From contig DAISXY010000004.1 in assembly GCA_036825615.1 (NCBI GenBank), positions 131,695-155,694 on the forward strand: a DNA stretch of 24,000 bases, given 5' to 3'. Position numbers and translations under genes: made by a program. Under the pieces are notes generated by a model, which made no database searches, was not told the origin of the DNA, and saw only the letters and a list, made by a program, of their open reading frames with translations. How positions within the stretch are numbered: position 1 is the stretch's first letter; each line of letters starts with the position of its first letter. This document shows positions 23,632-24,000 of this stretch, piece after piece. Source of the stretch: Chthoniobacterales bacterium (lineage in GTDB: Bacteria > Verrucomicrobiota > Verrucomicrobiia > Chthoniobacterales > UBA10450).

Positions 23632-24000
23632 ATGGCGCTGCTCGTTCTAAATGCCGGATCCTCCAGTTTGAAGCTCGCGCTGTATGATGACGATGCGGCC
23701 GCGCGCCAGGCCGCACTTGCGCTCGAGCGGATTGGTACCGAGGAAGCGCTCCTGCGCGTCGATCGAGAGACGGTAAAAGTGGACGCGCCCGATCACGCCA
23801 CAGCATTTGAGCGCATCTTGAGCCGGTTAGAGGAAGGCTCCGCGTTGCAGGTGAATGCGATCGGGCATCGGGTGGTGCACGGCGGGAGCGATTATCACGA
23901 ACCGAAACCAATCACACCGGGCCTGATCGAGTCATTGCGGAAGCTTGAGCAAATCGATCCCACTCATACTCCGCAGGCGCTCGCGGTCGTCGGAGCAACT
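23632..24000 (+). CDS. ackA: Acetate/propionate kinase, N-terminal 123 codons (the gene continues beyond the window end)
   Basis: Absent from the ORF track because there is no stop codon inside the window. My translation from ATG 23632 is MALLVLNAGSSSLKLALYDDD...VNAIGHRVVHGGSDYHEPKPITPGLIESLRKLEQIDPTHTPQAL. LNAGSSSLK and IGHRVVHGG are the ASKHA acetate-kinase signatures. Confidence 0.85.
   Translation, partial: MALLVLNAGSSSLKLALYDDDAAARQAALALERIGTEEALLRVDRETVKVDAPDHATAFERILSRLEEGSALQVNAIGHRVVHGGSDYHEPKPITPGLIESLRKLEQIDPTHTPQALAVVGAT

Noticed and set aside
1-24000. A search for CRISPR arrays, tRNA/rRNA genes, transposases or integrases, toxin-antitoxin pairs, reverse transcriptases and defence-system-like gene sets
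   Set aside because: I saw no regularly spaced direct repeats, no cloverleaf-like or rRNA-like segments, no terminal inverted repeats bracketing genes, and no protein with recombinase, nuclease, RT or ATPase-defence motifs. The window looks like core chromosome with metal-related accessory operons.

Overview
This is a high-GC (about 60-65% by eye) chromosomal segment. Its exported beta-propeller repeat proteins and metal-handling genes suggest a soil Verrucomicrobiota-like bacterium, though that taxonomy is only a guess. I support 22 protein-coding genes (two truncated by the window edges) and one disrupted gene. I found no rRNA, tRNA, CRISPR array, transposase or integrase. In window order:

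- **1-3667:** a secreted delta-60 repeat protein (partial), kbl, and a secreted NHL propeller protein.
- **3802-9507:** a 3D-domain lipoprotein, a peptidase-MA-like metalloprotease, an SF2 Ski2-like helicase, agmatine deiminase and a VOC-family protein.
- **9613-12830:** a small winged-helix protein, a gene-poor stretch carrying a REP-like element, an atypical HMA protein and a 656-aa secreted protein of unknown function.
- **12970-16639:** a tightly coupled minus-strand operon, arsM - arsC (disrupted) - PiT transporter - arsS, i.e. an arsenosugar-type organoarsenical module.
- **16935-19320:** mntR and mntH-usp, divergent around a DtxR-type operator.
- **19388-22294:** a copper module: an HPCHLC membrane protein, an outer-membrane barrel, copC and copD.
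- **22224-24000:** an M50 protease with CBS domains and the start of ackA.

The observations most worth a second look are:

1. The 9-mer TCGTTAGGC occurs 8 times exactly, against about 0.2 expected. It encodes 6 of the 8 Ser-Leu-Gly tripeptides in the window, which resembles an uptake-signal or Chi-like genomic word.
2. The ars operon has an embedded PiT transporter and no arsR or efflux gene.
3. arsC carries two compensating frameshifts, one of them inside the catalytic P-loop.
4. A 25-bp anti-SD/SD hairpin ends 1 nt before the aguA start codon.
5. The copper module's outer-membrane barrel gene appears to start at a non-canonical ATC codon.
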